Below, piece by piece: positions 7,572-17,293 of a stretch of 32,394 bases of DNA; positions within the stretch are counted from its first letter, which is position 1; each line of letters opens with the position of its first letter. Both the position numbers and the translations under genes were made by a program. A model generated the notes under the pieces. That model was not told the origin of the DNA and ran no database searches. It saw only the letters and a program-made list of their open reading frames with translations. Origin of the DNA: an uncultured Rhodospirillales bacterium (GTDB taxonomy: Bacteria; Pseudomonadota; Alphaproteobacteria; CAZCBM01); assembly GCA_964496805.1 (NCBI GenBank), contig CAZCBM010000003.1:1-32394 (forward strand), in the 5' to 3' direction.

Positions 7572-8381
7572 TCACAGCGCCCAGGGTGGTTTCGCCCGCT
7601 CAAAGAAGGCGCCGATCCCGTCCGCGGCTTCTTGCGTTTCCCACGCGTCCGCCAGAGCAACGGCGGAGGCATGGGCGAGATCGACACCGGGCTGATCCGC
7701 AACGCTGTGCAGCAGGGCCTTGGCGCGGGCAACCGCGCCGGGGGCACATTTCATCAGCGCCTTGATCTCCTGCTCTACAGCCTGGTCCAGGGCGTCAGCC
7801 GGAACCACGCGGTGCACCAAGCCCAGCGTCCTGGCCTCCGCGGCGTCGAACAGTCGCCCATGCATGAACACCGTCCGCGCTGCTCCCGGGCCCATCCGGC
7901 GGATGACGAAACTGGAGATGTTGGCTGGAATGATGCCCAGCTTAGTCTCAGTGAACGCAAAGCGGGCCCCCTCGGCGGCGATGGTGACATCGCCCACGGC
8001 CATCAGGCCCAGTCCACCACCAAAGGCCTGCCCGTTTACCCGGATGATCAACAGCTTGGACAACCGATCCAGAGCGCGCAGCATATCGGCCAGGGTGCGG
8101 CTTTCCGTGATCCTGCCGTCGCGGCTGTTGGCCGCCTGATCCTGCATCCAGGCCAGATCGCCACCGGCGCAGAAACTGGTGCTGCCGGTGCCTGTCAAAA
8201 CCACCGCCCGCAGATTTTCATCGCCATCCGCCACCTCGGCCATGCGCTGGAGGTCGGCAATCATCTGCGGGTTCATGGCATTGTGCTTATCGGGGCGATT
8301 AAGGCTCACCCATGCAATGCCCCGGTCCTCGATGGTGACCGCCAAGCTGTCAAAGGACTGGGCCGCCAGTCCGCTGCTCAT
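7572..8381 (-). CDS. liuC: enoyl-CoA hydratase family; by context methylglutaconyl-CoA hydratase
   Basis: Crotonase motifs FCAGGDL and GGGLGLMAVGDV...FTETKLGIIP are present. The start overlaps the upstream ligase stop (ATGA at 8378-8381). It sits among the other liu genes. Confidence 0.8.
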   Translation of the reverse strand: MSSGLAAQSFDSLAVTIEDRGIAWVSLNRPDKHNAMNPQMIADLQRMAEVADGDENLRAVVLTGTGSTSFCAGGDLAWMQDQAANSRDGRITESRTLADMLRALDRLSKLLIIRVNGQAFGGGLGLMAVGDVTIAAEGARFAFTETKLGIIPANISSFVIRRMGPGAARTVFMHGRLFDAAEARTLGLVHRVVPADALDQAVEQEIKALMKCAPGAVARAKALLHSVADQPGVDLAHASAVALADAWETQEAADGIGAFFERAKPPWAL

Positions 8382-10012
8382 TGGCTTGCCTCTTGGATAT
8401 GCTGGGCCTGGATCTTCTTGCGATCCGGGCCGCCGGCGATGCGGGGGAAGTCCGTCACGAACCGGATGACGCGGGGATACTCATGGGCGCCCAACCGGCT
8501 TTTGACATAGCCCCGGATGGCCTCTTGCGTTTCTGTTGAGGGGTCAGCGCCCTCCTTCAGGACGATCCACGCGCCCACCACCTCAGTCCGCTTCTCGTCG
8601 GGAACGCCAAACACTGCCGCCGCCGCAACGGCCTCGTGGGTTTCCAGGTGGCGTTCGATCTCGGCCGGGCCGATGCGATAGCCAGCGGAGGTGATCACAT
8701 CATCCACCCGACCGGCCCAACTGACATAGCCGTCCTCATGCTGCACCCCATAGTCGCCCGTATAGAGCCAGCCGCCGCGGATCTTCTGCGCCGTGGCGTC
8801 GGGGTCGTTCCAGTATTCCAGCATCATGACCGGGTCCGGGGCCTTGATGGCGATCAGCCCCGTTTCCCCCACCGGCATGGGGTTGGCGTCCACATCCAGG
8901 ACCGCAACGGTGCGTCCCGGTGCCGGTTTGCCCAGCTTGAAAGGCTTGGCCTCCATGATCCGGGCATTGGTGCCGACACAGGCATTGCACTCGGTCTGGC
9001 CATAGTAATCGTGCATCTTGCAGCCGAAGACTTGCTCTGACCAGTCCTGCAACTCGGGTGTGAAGGGTTCGCCACCGCTGATGATCGCGCGGACCTTCAG
9101 GTCATAGCGTGCGCCGAGGTCCGGGTCCTCCCGCAGCACTTTGCTGGCGGTGGGGGGCAGGAACATGCAGGTGATGCCTTCGTCCTGCATCAACTGGAAA
9201 GTGGCGGCTGGCTCAAACCGTTGGGCGCGATTGGCAACGGTGGGCCGGCCCAGCAGCAGGGCGGGGAACAGGCAGCACAGCGAGCCGGCAATGAAGCCCC
9301 AGTCGGCGGGAGTCCAGAACACATCTGCCCCGTCCTCCGTGGGGAAATCCAGGCCCATTTCCACCCCAGTCATGCCCCCATGCACCACCGAATGCGGCAG
9401 CAGGGTGCCGTTGGGATCCCCGGCACCGGCGGCCGCGTAGTACAACAGTGCGGGATCGCTGGCCCCCGTGTCCACGCAGGGGAAGCTATCCGAATGGCCC
9501 TGGGTGGCCTCCCGCAGATCGCTGACACCCTCGGTCGCTCCGTCAATGCTGAAGACGGCTGTCAACGCGGGCAGGGTGCTGCGCACACTGGCCAGTTTCT
9601 CCACGCCGGACGCGTCAGTGATCAGGGCCTTGGCGCTGGCGTGGCTCAGACGGAATTGCAATGCCTCCGCCATGAAGATGGGGGCCAGTGGCATCAGGAT
9701 CGCGCCCATCTTCAGGACCGCCAGATAACCAGCGGCAGCCGCGAAACTCTGCGGCAGAAACACGCCCACGCGATCCCCGCGCGTGACGCCAGCGGCAGTC
9801 AGGGCATGGGCGATGCGACTTGCCTCCGCCTCCAATTGGGCGAAGTCGTAGGAGGCGCCCTCCGCCCCGGGCTCAACGATCGCAACCCGACCCGGGGCCT
9901 CCCCGGCCCAGCGGCTGCAACAGGCCTGCGCGATGTTCAGCCGCTCCGGAAGGGTCCAGCGGAAACCCTCTATCAGGGCATCGTAACTGTCGGCGGGGGT
10001 CAGCACGGGCAT
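8378..10012 (-). CDS. AMP-binding (acyl-CoA synthetase) family paralog with degenerate P-loop and A10 motifs
   Basis: It aligns along its full length with the ligase at 26702-28327. YGQTE and TGD...GRVDDVITSAGYRIGPAEIE are conserved. The A3 loop reads YYAAAGAGDPNG instead of YTSGTTGPPKG, and the C-terminal motif reads PRIAGGPDRKK instead of PLTATGK. Confidence 0.85.
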   Translation of the reverse strand: MPVLTPADSYDALIEGFRWTLPERLNIAQACCSRWAGEAPGRVAIVEPGAEGASYDFAQLEAEASRIAHALTAAGVTRGDRVGVFLPQSFAAAAGYLAVLKMGAILMPLAPIFMAEALQFRLSHASAKALITDASGVEKLASVRSTLPALTAVFSIDGATEGVSDLREATQGHSDSFPCVDTGASDPALLYYAAAGAGDPNGTLLPHSVVHGGMTGVEMGLDFPTEDGADVFWTPADWGFIAGSLCCLFPALLLGRPTVANRAQRFEPAATFQLMQDEGITCMFLPPTASKVLREDPDLGARYDLKVRAIISGGEPFTPELQDWSEQVFGCKMHDYYGQTECNACVGTNARIMEAKPFKLGKPAPGRTVAVLDVDANPMPVGETGLIAIKAPDPVMMLEYWNDPDATAQKIRGGWLYTGDYGVQHEDGYVSWAGRVDDVITSAGYRIGPAEIERHLETHEAVAAAAVFGVPDEKRTEVVGAWIVLKEGADPSTETQEAIRGYVKSRLGAHEYPRVIRFVTDFPRIAGGPDRKKIQAQHIQEASQ

Positions 10013-10038
10013 GAGAGTCAGGCTCCTCTGGCGACAAC

Positions 10039-10057
10039 TGATCCGGGGCCCGGATCA
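10039..10057 (-). other. intercistronic hairpin overlapping the HMG-CoA lyase stop codon
   Basis: TGATCCGG pairs with CCGGATCA (8 bp, 3-nt loop). No U-tract follows. The RBS AGAGGAG of the next gene comes immediately after. Confidence 0.3.
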
Positions 10058-10933
10058 GGAAACGGTTGCGGCAGCCGGGGTGATGAGACGGCGAATGTGG
10101 GTGGCGGCCAGGGTCAGGGAGTCCCTGTCGATGCCATGGCTGAGCCCCAGCTCCTCCACCACATCCAACACTGTTTCAGTGGCTACATTGCCCCGGGCGC
10201 CTGGCGCATAGGGGCATCCGCCCAGCCCCGTAACGGCGCTGTCCACATGGCGCAGTCCCCGCTCCAGACTAAGCCGCAGCGTCTCGGCGGCACGGCCATT
10301 GGTGTCATGATAGTGGGCTGCCAGGCGGTCCGCATCGGCCACCTCAAGCACGGCATCCAGCATGGCACCAATACTCTCCGGCGTGCCCCGTCCCACGGTG
10401 TCACCCAGGCTGACCTGCTCCACCCCTTCGGCCAACAGCCCTTCGGTGACGCGGGCCACCGCCTGGGGTGCGATGGGGCCTTCGTAGGGGCAGACCACCA
10501 CGGTGGAGACGTAACCCCTCACCGGTATGCCATCGGCCTTGGCGGCCGCAAGAATCGGCCGGAATCGCTCAAAGCTCTCGGCGATAGAGCAGTTTATGTT
10601 CTTCTGACTGAAGGTCTCGCTGGCCGCGGCAAACACCGCCACAGCGTCCGCCCGCGCCTCGCGCGCTGCTTCATAGCCCTTCATATTAGGCGTCAGGACA
10701 CTGTAGCGCACGCCCGGTGCCCGGATGATCGCGGCCATCACCGCCCCGGCATCTGCCATCTGCGGCACCCATTTGGGGCTGACGAAGGCCGTCGCCTCAA
10801 TCTCCTGAAAACCGGCCGCGCTGAGCAGGTTGATCAGCTGAACCTTGTCACTGGTGGACACCGGGGTGCGTTCATTCTGTAGGCCGTCGCGGGGGCCCAT
10901 CTCGTGGATGGTGACAAAGGCGGGGTCGGTCAT
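10055..10933 (-). CDS. liuE: hydroxymethylglutaryl-CoA lyase
   Basis: Motifs GPRDGLQNE, EATAFVSPKWVPQMAD and GLGGCPYAPGARGNVATE are present. The start overlaps the carboxylase alpha stop (ATGA). Confidence 0.9.
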   Translation of the reverse strand: MTDPAFVTIHEMGPRDGLQNERTPVSTSDKVQLINLLSAAGFQEIEATAFVSPKWVPQMADAGAVMAAIIRAPGVRYSVLTPNMKGYEAAREARADAVAVFAAASETFSQKNINCSIAESFERFRPILAAAKADGIPVRGYVSTVVVCPYEGPIAPQAVARVTEGLLAEGVEQVSLGDTVGRGTPESIGAMLDAVLEVADADRLAAHYHDTNGRAAETLRLSLERGLRHVDSAVTGLGGCPYAPGARGNVATETVLDVVEELGLSHGIDRDSLTLAATHIRRLITPAAATVS

Positions 10934-13020
10934 GGCGTTACCGGTGCCTCCTGTTCCTCCTCGGCGAGACGAATGAGGACAGTGCCTTCACTCACCAGCG
11001 CGCCCGCCTCCGCCCCGACGCTCTCCACCGTACCGGCGCGGGGGGCACGCAGGGTGTGTTCCATCTTCATGGCCTCAACGATGATGAGGGGCTGGTCCTT
11101 CTCTACGGCGTCCCCTGGCTTGACCAGAACATCCCGCACCACACCGGGGAGATCAGCCGTGATGACGGGTTCAGCCGCCAACTCGTCATGGTCCATCTCG
11201 CCGACGATGTTGTCCCGCAGCAGGAACAGGCGGTCCGTCAACTCAAAGAACAGCCGGCCATCCTCCAGCACATAGTCCCGCACATTGTAGGAGGGCTCGC
11301 CGTTTGCCGTGCCCTCATAGGAACCCCACTGGTTGGGTGCCCAAGCGGCTGTCCCTTCGCCAAGCCCTGGCACCGCCAGGGTGACGGTGATGGCCCGGTC
11401 CCCCGTGCGCTGGCATCGCAGCAAGCCCGATAGGCGCTGGCCATTGACCTCCGCCGCCACCGGATAGCTCAGGGTCCCAAACTGGGTGAAGCCCGCCTGG
11501 GAGGTCCAGGGCGAGGTGCTCCCCTCCTTCGGGCGTTTTCGCTGCTGCCACGCTGGCAAAAGCGAAAGTGCCATGTCCGCCAGATGGCCGGGGCTGGTGA
11601 CCTCTTGGATGGGTCCCAGAAGGCTGTCCCCATGCCGGTCGATGAAGCCGGTGTCGATGAGCCCCGCGCCGAAGTCCGGGTGCTCCAGACACTTTACCAG
11701 AAAGCTGCGGTTGGTCTTGCACCCTTCCACCAGGGAACAGCGCAGGGCCTCCGAGAGGGCCGTTACCGCGGACTCCCGATTGGGTTCATGGGCGATCAGC
11801 TTGGCGATCATCGGATCATAGAAGGGCGTGACGACGCTGCCGCGGACAACGCCCGTGTCCAGCCGGATGCGGTCGGATCCGCGCCCATGGGTGAAAGGGG
11901 TGGCATAGTCATCGACATAGCCGGCCAAAAAGGACAGTCGGCCGGTGGAGGGAAGGAAGCCGCTGTCCGGGTCCTCAGCATAGAGCCGGGCTTCGATGGC
12001 ATGACCTGAGATGGCAAGCTCATCCTGGGATTTGGGCAAGGGCTCGCCCTGCGCCACCCGCAACTGCCACTCCACCAGATCTTGACCGGTGATGGCCTCC
12101 GTAACCGGATGCTCCACTTGCAGGCGGGTATTCATCTCCATGAAATAGAAGCGGTCCGCCTGTAGACCTTCCGAGACGTCGGCGATGAACTCGATGGTGC
12201 CCGCCCCCACATAGTCGATGGCCTTGGCCGCTTTCACCGCCGCCTCACCCATGGCCGCCCGCATGGCCTCGCTCATGCCAGGGGCTGGCGCTTCCTCAAT
12301 CACCTTCTGGTGGCGGCGTTGCAGGCTGCAATCACGCTCGAACAAGTGCACGACGGACCCGTGAGTGTCCCCAAACACCTGGATTTCGATGTGGCGCGGT
12401 GTGGTCAGGAACTTCTCGATCAGGACCCGGTCATCGCCGAAACTGTTGGCGGCCTCGCGCTTGGCACCGGCCAGCGCCGACGGCAAGTCCGCTGGTTCAT
12501 CCACCCGCCGCATGCCCTTGCCACCACCGCCAGCCACGGCCTTGATAAGGACGGGATACCCGATCCGGCCAGCCTCTGCGGCCAAGGTCTCCGGCGCCTG
12601 ATCCTCCCCTTGATAGCCCGGAACAACGGGAACCCCGGCCTCAATCATCAGTCGCTTGGCTGCGTCCTTCAGGCCCATGGCGCGGATGGAGGATGACGAG
12701 GGGCCAACAAAGATGATCCCGGCGGCGGCCAGCGCGTCAGCGAAGTCCGCGTTTTCCGACAAAAAGCCATAGCCCGGATGGACCGCGTTTGCCCCGGTCT
12801 GATGGCAGGCGTCGATGATCCGATCTGGCCTGAGATAGCTTTCCGCCGCGGGTGGCGGGCCGATGGCCACCGCTTCGTCTGCCATGGCAACATGGCGGGC
12901 ATTGGCGTCAGCCTGAGAATACACGGCCACCGTGGGGATCTGCATCTGACGGGCCGTGTGGATCACGCGGCACGCGATTTCCCCGCGATTGGCGATCAGC
13001 AGCTTATGGATCTTTCCCAT
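10930..13020 (-). CDS. liuD: methylcrotonyl-CoA carboxylase alpha (biotin carboxylase + BCCP) subunit
   Basis: Has KLLIANRGEIACR, an ATP-grasp region and the biotinylation motif EAMKMEH near the C-terminus. I prefer the ATG at 13020 (GAGGAT RBS 7 nt upstream) over the GTG at 13035 used by the track. Confidence 0.9.
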   Translation of the reverse strand: MGKIHKLLIANRGEIACRVIHTARQMQIPTVAVYSQADANARHVAMADEAVAIGPPPAAESYLRPDRIIDACHQTGANAVHPGYGFLSENADFADALAAAGIIFVGPSSSSIRAMGLKDAAKRLMIEAGVPVVPGYQGEDQAPETLAAEAGRIGYPVLIKAVAGGGGKGMRRVDEPADLPSALAGAKREAANSFGDDRVLIEKFLTTPRHIEIQVFGDTHGSVVHLFERDCSLQRRHQKVIEEAPAPGMSEAMRAAMGEAAVKAAKAIDYVGAGTIEFIADVSEGLQADRFYFMEMNTRLQVEHPVTEAITGQDLVEWQLRVAQGEPLPKSQDELAISGHAIEARLYAEDPDSGFLPSTGRLSFLAGYVDDYATPFTHGRGSDRIRLDTGVVRGSVVTPFYDPMIAKLIAHEPNRESAVTALSEALRCSLVEGCKTNRSFLVKCLEHPDFGAGLIDTGFIDRHGDSLLGPIQEVTSPGHLADMALSLLPAWQQRKRPKEGSTSPWTSQAGFTQFGTLSYPVAAEVNGQRLSGLLRCQRTGDRAITVTLAVPGLGEGTAAWAPNQWGSYEGTANGEPSYNVRDYVLEDGRLFFELTDRLFLLRDNIVGEMDHDELAAEPVITADLPGVVRDVLVKPGDAVEKDQPLIIVEAMKMEHTLRAPRAGTVESVGAEAGALVSEGTVLIRLAEEEQEAPVTP

Positions 13021-13031
13021 GCCAGTGATCC

Positions 13032-14639
13032 TCACATGCGGAAGACGCCGGGGCGCCAGTCGGGGATGGGCTTGTTCAGCGCCGCGGAGAAGCTGAGCGC
13101 CACGACGCTGCGGGTGTCCCGGGGATCTATAATGCCGTCATCCCACAGCCGTGCCGAGGAATAGATCGGGCGCCCTTGGTGCTCGAACTGGTCTTGATAG
13201 GGGCGCTTGAATGCCGCCTCCTCCTCGGCGCTCCACGTGCCGCCCTTGGCTTCGATGGCATCGCGGCGCAGGGTCGCCAGAACCCCGGCCGCTTGGTCCC
13301 CGCCCATGACGCTGATCCGGGCGTTGGGCCACATCCACAGGAAGTTTGGGCTGTAGGCTCGCCCCGCCATGCCGTAGTTCCCGGCGCCGAAACTGCCCCC
13401 AATCAGCACCGTCACCTTGGGCACATTGGCCGTGGCCACCGCGGTCACCAGTTTGGCGCCGTCCTTGGCAATGCCGCCGCTTTCATATTTGCGGCCCACC
13501 ATGAAGCCGGTGATGTTCTGCAAGAACAGCAGCGGGATCTTCCGTTGGCAGCACAGTTCAATGAAGTGAGCGCCCTTGAGGGCTGCCTCGCTGAACAGGA
13601 TGCCATTATTGGCCAAGATGCCCACCGGCATGCCATGGATGTGGGCGAAGCCGGTCACCAGCGTCTGGCCGTAGAGGTGCTTGAACTCATCCAGTTCGCT
13701 GCCATCCACGACCCTGGCAATCACTTCCCGCACATCATAGGGCTGCTTGAGATCGGCGGGGACAACCCCATGAAGCTCCGCTGGATCGTGGATCGGTGGG
13801 CGCGGGTCCCGCATCACCAACTGATCGGGCTTGGCGCGGTTCAGGTGGCCGACGATCCGTCGGGCCATGGCACAGGCATCGGCATCGTCGGCGGCATAAT
13901 AATCGCTGACGCCGGACACCTTGGCATGGACATCCGCCCCCCCCAGGTCCTCGGCGCTCACCACCTCCCCAGTGGCGGCCTTCACCAGGGGCGGCCCTCC
14001 CAAGAAGATGGTGCCTTGGCGACGCACGATGATGTTCTGCTCGCTCATGGCGGGGACGTAGGCACCCCCGGCGGTGGAAGAGCCCATCACGACGCTGATC
14101 TGCGGGATGCCCGCCGCACTCATCGTGGCTTGGTTGTAGAAGATGCGGCCAAAATGATCCCGGTCTGGGAAGACTTCGTCCTGATTGGGCAGGTTGGCTC
14201 CGCCGCTGTCCACCAAGTAAACGCAGGGCAGGTTGTTCTGGGCCGCGATCTCCTGCGCGCGTAGATGCTTCTTCACCGTCAAGGGGAAGTAAGTGCCACC
14301 CTTCACCGTGGCGTCGTTCGCCACAATCATGCACTCCAGCCCCTTGATCCGGCCCACCCCGGTGATCATCCCGGCCGAGGGAACCTCATCGCCATACATC
14401 TCGGCGGCTGCAAACAGACCCACCTCCAGGAAGGGGGAGCCCCGGTCCAGCAGGTGGGCGATGCGATCCCGAGGCAGCAGTTTGCCGCGCGCCAGGTGCT
14501 TCTCCCGGGCACGCTCTGGCCCCCCGTGTTGGATGCGCTGGGCCAGGGCGGCGACGTCCTCCACCTGTGCCGCCATAGCGTCAGCATTGGCCTGGAACGC
14601 GGGCGAGGATGGATTGATTTTGGTGGGCAGCGGGCGCAT
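13032..14639 (-). CDS. liuB: methylcrotonyl-CoA carboxylase beta (carboxyltransferase) subunit
   Basis: 535 aa with a two-lobed carboxyltransferase layout ([26 protein letters not shown]; GGAYVPAM). The start overlaps the isovaleryl-CoA dehydrogenase stop by 1 nt (TGATG). Confidence 0.9.
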   Translation of the reverse strand: MRPLPTKINPSSPAFQANADAMAAQVEDVAALAQRIQHGGPERAREKHLARGKLLPRDRIAHLLDRGSPFLEVGLFAAAEMYGDEVPSAGMITGVGRIKGLECMIVANDATVKGGTYFPLTVKKHLRAQEIAAQNNLPCVYLVDSGGANLPNQDEVFPDRDHFGRIFYNQATMSAAGIPQISVVMGSSTAGGAYVPAMSEQNIIVRRQGTIFLGGPPLVKAATGEVVSAEDLGGADVHAKVSGVSDYYAADDADACAMARRIVGHLNRAKPDQLVMRDPRPPIHDPAELHGVVPADLKQPYDVREVIARVVDGSELDEFKHLYGQTLVTGFAHIHGMPVGILANNGILFSEAALKGAHFIELCCQRKIPLLFLQNITGFMVGRKYESGGIAKDGAKLVTAVATANVPKVTVLIGGSFGAGNYGMAGRAYSPNFLWMWPNARISVMGGDQAAGVLATLRRDAIEAKGGTWSAEEEAAFKRPYQDQFEHQGRPIYSSARLWDDGIIDPRDTRSVVALSFSAALNKPIPDWRPGVFRM

Positions 14640-15811
14640 CAGGCGGTCTCTTGAAACAGCTCGCGGCCGATCAGCATGCGACGGATCTCGCTGGTGCCAG
14701 CGCCGATCTCATACAGCTTGGCGTCGCGTAGCAGGCGGCCGGTGGGATAATCATTGATGTAGCCATTGCCCCCCAGGGCCTGGATCGCCTCCAGCGCCAT
14801 CCAGGTTGCCTTTTCAGCCGCGTAGAGGATGGCGCCAGCCGCATCCTTGCGCGCCGTCTCCCCCCGGTCGCAGGCCTGAGCCACCGCATAGACATAGGCT
14901 TTGGTGGCGTTCATCGTGGTGTACATGTCAGCAATCTTGCCCTGCATCAGCTGAAATTCACCGATGGCGCGGCCGAACTGTTTGCGCTCGTGAATGTAGG
15001 GGATCACCACGTCCATGCAGGCCTGCATCAGCCCGGTGGAACCAGCCGCCAGCACCGCGCGCTCATAGTCCAGGCCACTCATCAAGACGCGCGCACCGCG
15101 GTTTAACTCCCCCAGGATGTTTTCCTCGGGCACTTCGCAATCTTCAAACACCAATTCGCCGGTGGGGCTTCCCCGCATGCCCAGCTTGTCCAGCTTCTGG
15201 GCAACGCTGAAACCCTTGAACTCCTTCTCGATCAGAAACGCCGTGATGCCCTTGGAGCCGGCGTCGGGATCGGTTTTGGCATAGACCACGAGCGTGTCAG
15301 CCTCCGTGCAGTTGGTGATCCAGAACTTGCTGCCGTTCAGCACATAGCGATCGCCCTTCTTCTCCGCCCGGGTTTTCATGGACACGACGTCTGACCCGGC
15401 CCCGGGTTCGCTCATGGCCAGGGCGCCCACATGCTCGCCGCTGATCAACTTGGGCAGATAGCGGGCCTTCTGCTCGTCGGTGCCGTTCAGATTGATCTGG
15501 TTGATGCACAGATTGGAATGAGCGCCGTAGCTCAGGCCGACGCTGCCAGAGGCGCGGCTGACCTCCTCCATGGCGATGCAGTGCTCCAGATAGCCAAGGC
15601 CGGTGCCGCCCTGCGCCTCCGGAACGGTGATGCCATGCAGCCCCAGGTCCCCCATGGGCTGCCACAGCTCCCGGGGGAAGCGATCGGTGCGGTCGATCTC
15701 TGCGGCCAGGGGAGCAATCTGTTCTTGGGCGAAGCTGGCCACGGTCTGGCGCAGCATCTCAGCGGTTTCACCCAGATTGAAGTTCAGCGTGGGATACTCG
15801 TTGGGGATCAT
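14639..15811 (-). CDS. liuA: isovaleryl-CoA dehydrogenase
   Basis: ACAD motifs [17 protein letters not shown] and [19 protein letters not shown] are present. It has IVD-like length (390 aa) and sits directly upstream of the carboxylase genes. Confidence 0.9.
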   Translation of the reverse strand: MIPNEYPTLNFNLGETAEMLRQTVASFAQEQIAPLAAEIDRTDRFPRELWQPMGDLGLHGITVPEAQGGTGLGYLEHCIAMEEVSRASGSVGLSYGAHSNLCINQINLNGTDEQKARYLPKLISGEHVGALAMSEPGAGSDVVSMKTRAEKKGDRYVLNGSKFWITNCTEADTLVVYAKTDPDAGSKGITAFLIEKEFKGFSVAQKLDKLGMRGSPTGELVFEDCEVPEENILGELNRGARVLMSGLDYERAVLAAGSTGLMQACMDVVIPYIHERKQFGRAIGEFQLMQGKIADMYTTMNATKAYVYAVAQACDRGETARKDAAGAILYAAEKATWMALEAIQALGGNGYINDYPTGRLLRDAKLYEIGAGTSEIRRMLIGRELFQETA

Positions 15812-15859
15812 CGCGCGGGTGCCTTCTCGGCTGGGGTGGTTTGGGGGCGACGGGGCGAA

Positions 15860-16363
15860 TTAGACAAGCCGCTCGTCGCTCATGCCTTCCATTCGGATCA
15901 TGGTCATCAGGGCCTTGGCGATCAGGGTTCTCTGGCCATCTTTCTCTGCCTCCACGGTGCCGTCCACCACATTCAGGGTGCGACCAGGCTTGATGACAAC
16001 GCCGGTGGCAATCAGGCGCTCTCCCTGCGCTGGGCTCAGAAAATTGATCTTGTACTCCGTCGTCAGCGGCGCGGCCGTGGCCGGGTAGAGGCTCATGGCG
16101 GCATAGCCACAGGCGCTGTCGCAGATACAGGCCACGGCGCCGCCGTGGACATACCCATGCTGCTGCAACACCGGCTCGGCATAGGGCAGCACCACTTGGA
16201 AATAGCCGGGGGCAACAACGCCCACATGGGCACCAAGGGTTGCCATCAGCGGCTGTCGGCTAAAGCTGTCCCTCACCCGCTGCTCGAAGGCCGGATCCTT
16301 CGGCTCAAACGGCGGTGGCGGTGGGGCGAGGCTGGCTGCTGTCGCCACGTCGGCCGCCCTCAC
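15860..16363 (-). CDS. PaaI-family hotdog-fold thioesterase
   Basis: Motif QQHGYVHGGAVACICDSACGYAA with a hotdog-size domain. The GTG start overlaps the LivF-like stop (GTGA at 16360-16363). Confidence 0.8.
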   Translation of the reverse strand: MRAADVATAASLAPPPPPFEPKDPAFEQRVRDSFSRQPLMATLGAHVGVVAPGYFQVVLPYAEPVLQQHGYVHGGAVACICDSACGYAAMSLYPATAAPLTTEYKINFLSPAQGERLIATGVVIKPGRTLNVVDGTVEAEKDGQRTLIAKALMTMIRMEGMSDERLV

Positions 16364-17199
16364 AGCCAGCGCTTGCGACGGCGGAAACTCTTGATGTCCT
16401 TGAAGGACTTGCGCTCGCCGCTGCCGCCGCCCAGGTAGAACTCCTTGACGTCCTCGTTATTGCGCAAATCCTCTGCCCGGCCATCCAGAACGATCTTGCC
16501 CTGTTCCATGATGTAGCCGTACTGAGCGATGCCCAGCGCCATATTGGCGTTCTGCTCCACCAGCAGAATGGTGATGCCCAAGTCCCGGTTCAGCCGTCGG
16601 ACAATGGAAAACACCTCCTTCACCAGCAACGGCGACAGGCCCATGGAGGGCTCGTCCATCAACATCAGCTTGGGACGGGCCATCATGGCGCGGCCGATGG
16701 CCAACATCTGTTGCTCGCCGCCAGAGAGATACCCTGCCAGTCCCGTGCGCTCCTTCAGCCGGGGAAAGTAGTGGTAGATCTTCTCGATCTCTTCGCGAAC
16801 GTTGCTTTGCTTCTGGGTGAAGGCACCCAGGCGCAGGTTTTCCTGAATGGTCATGTCCTGGACGATGCGTCGACCCTCCATCACCTGGAAGATCCCTTGA
16901 CGCACGATCTTCTCCGGCGGCAGGTGGGTGATGCTCTGCCCTGCGAAGCGGATATCGCCGCGCTCAACCTCGCCATTCTCCGTGCGCAGGAGGCCACTGA
17001 TGGCCTTTAGCGTGGTGGATTTGCCGGCGCCATTGGCCCCCAGCAGGGCTGTGATGGATCCTGGCATCACCTGCAGGCTCATGCCGCGCAAGACCTGGAT
17101 CACATGGTCATAGACCACCTCGATATTATCCACCACCAGCATGGGCTCGGTGGCGCTTTCCCCTTTGGGGGTGGGATCAGCAGTGGTGTCCAGGGGCAT
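16360..17199 (-). CDS. ABC transporter ATP-binding protein, LivF-like
   Basis: Walker A GANGAGKST and the signature plus Walker B LSGGEQQMLAIGRAMMARPKLMLMDEPSMGL are present. It ends in an unusual basic C-terminal tail, KSFKDIKSFRRRKRWL. Confidence 0.9.
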   Translation of the reverse strand: MPLDTTADPTPKGESATEPMLVVDNIEVVYDHVIQVLRGMSLQVMPGSITALLGANGAGKSTTLKAISGLLRTENGEVERGDIRFAGQSITHLPPEKIVRQGIFQVMEGRRIVQDMTIQENLRLGAFTQKQSNVREEIEKIYHYFPRLKERTGLAGYLSGGEQQMLAIGRAMMARPKLMLMDEPSMGLSPLLVKEVFSIVRRLNRDLGITILLVEQNANMALGIAQYGYIMEQGKIVLDGRAEDLRNNEDVKEFYLGGGSGERKSFKDIKSFRRRKRWL

Positions 17200-17248
17200 T
17201 GGCGCAAGGGCTCCCAGCCGGGTTGGGGACCATCAACATTCACAAACG

Positions 17249-17285
17249 AAAAAACAGGGGGAGGGGCGGCAGGGCCGCCCCTCCC
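17249..17285 (-). terminator. strong intrinsic terminator or attenuator between the binding-protein gene and the LivF-like gene
   Basis: On the minus strand, GGGAGGGGCGGC-CCT-GCCGCCCCTCCC forms a perfect 12-bp stem (17259-17285), followed by CCTGTTTTTT (A-run at 17249-17254 on the plus strand). It begins 9 nt after the stop at 17294. Confidence 0.7.
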
Positions 17286-17293
17286 AGCAGATA

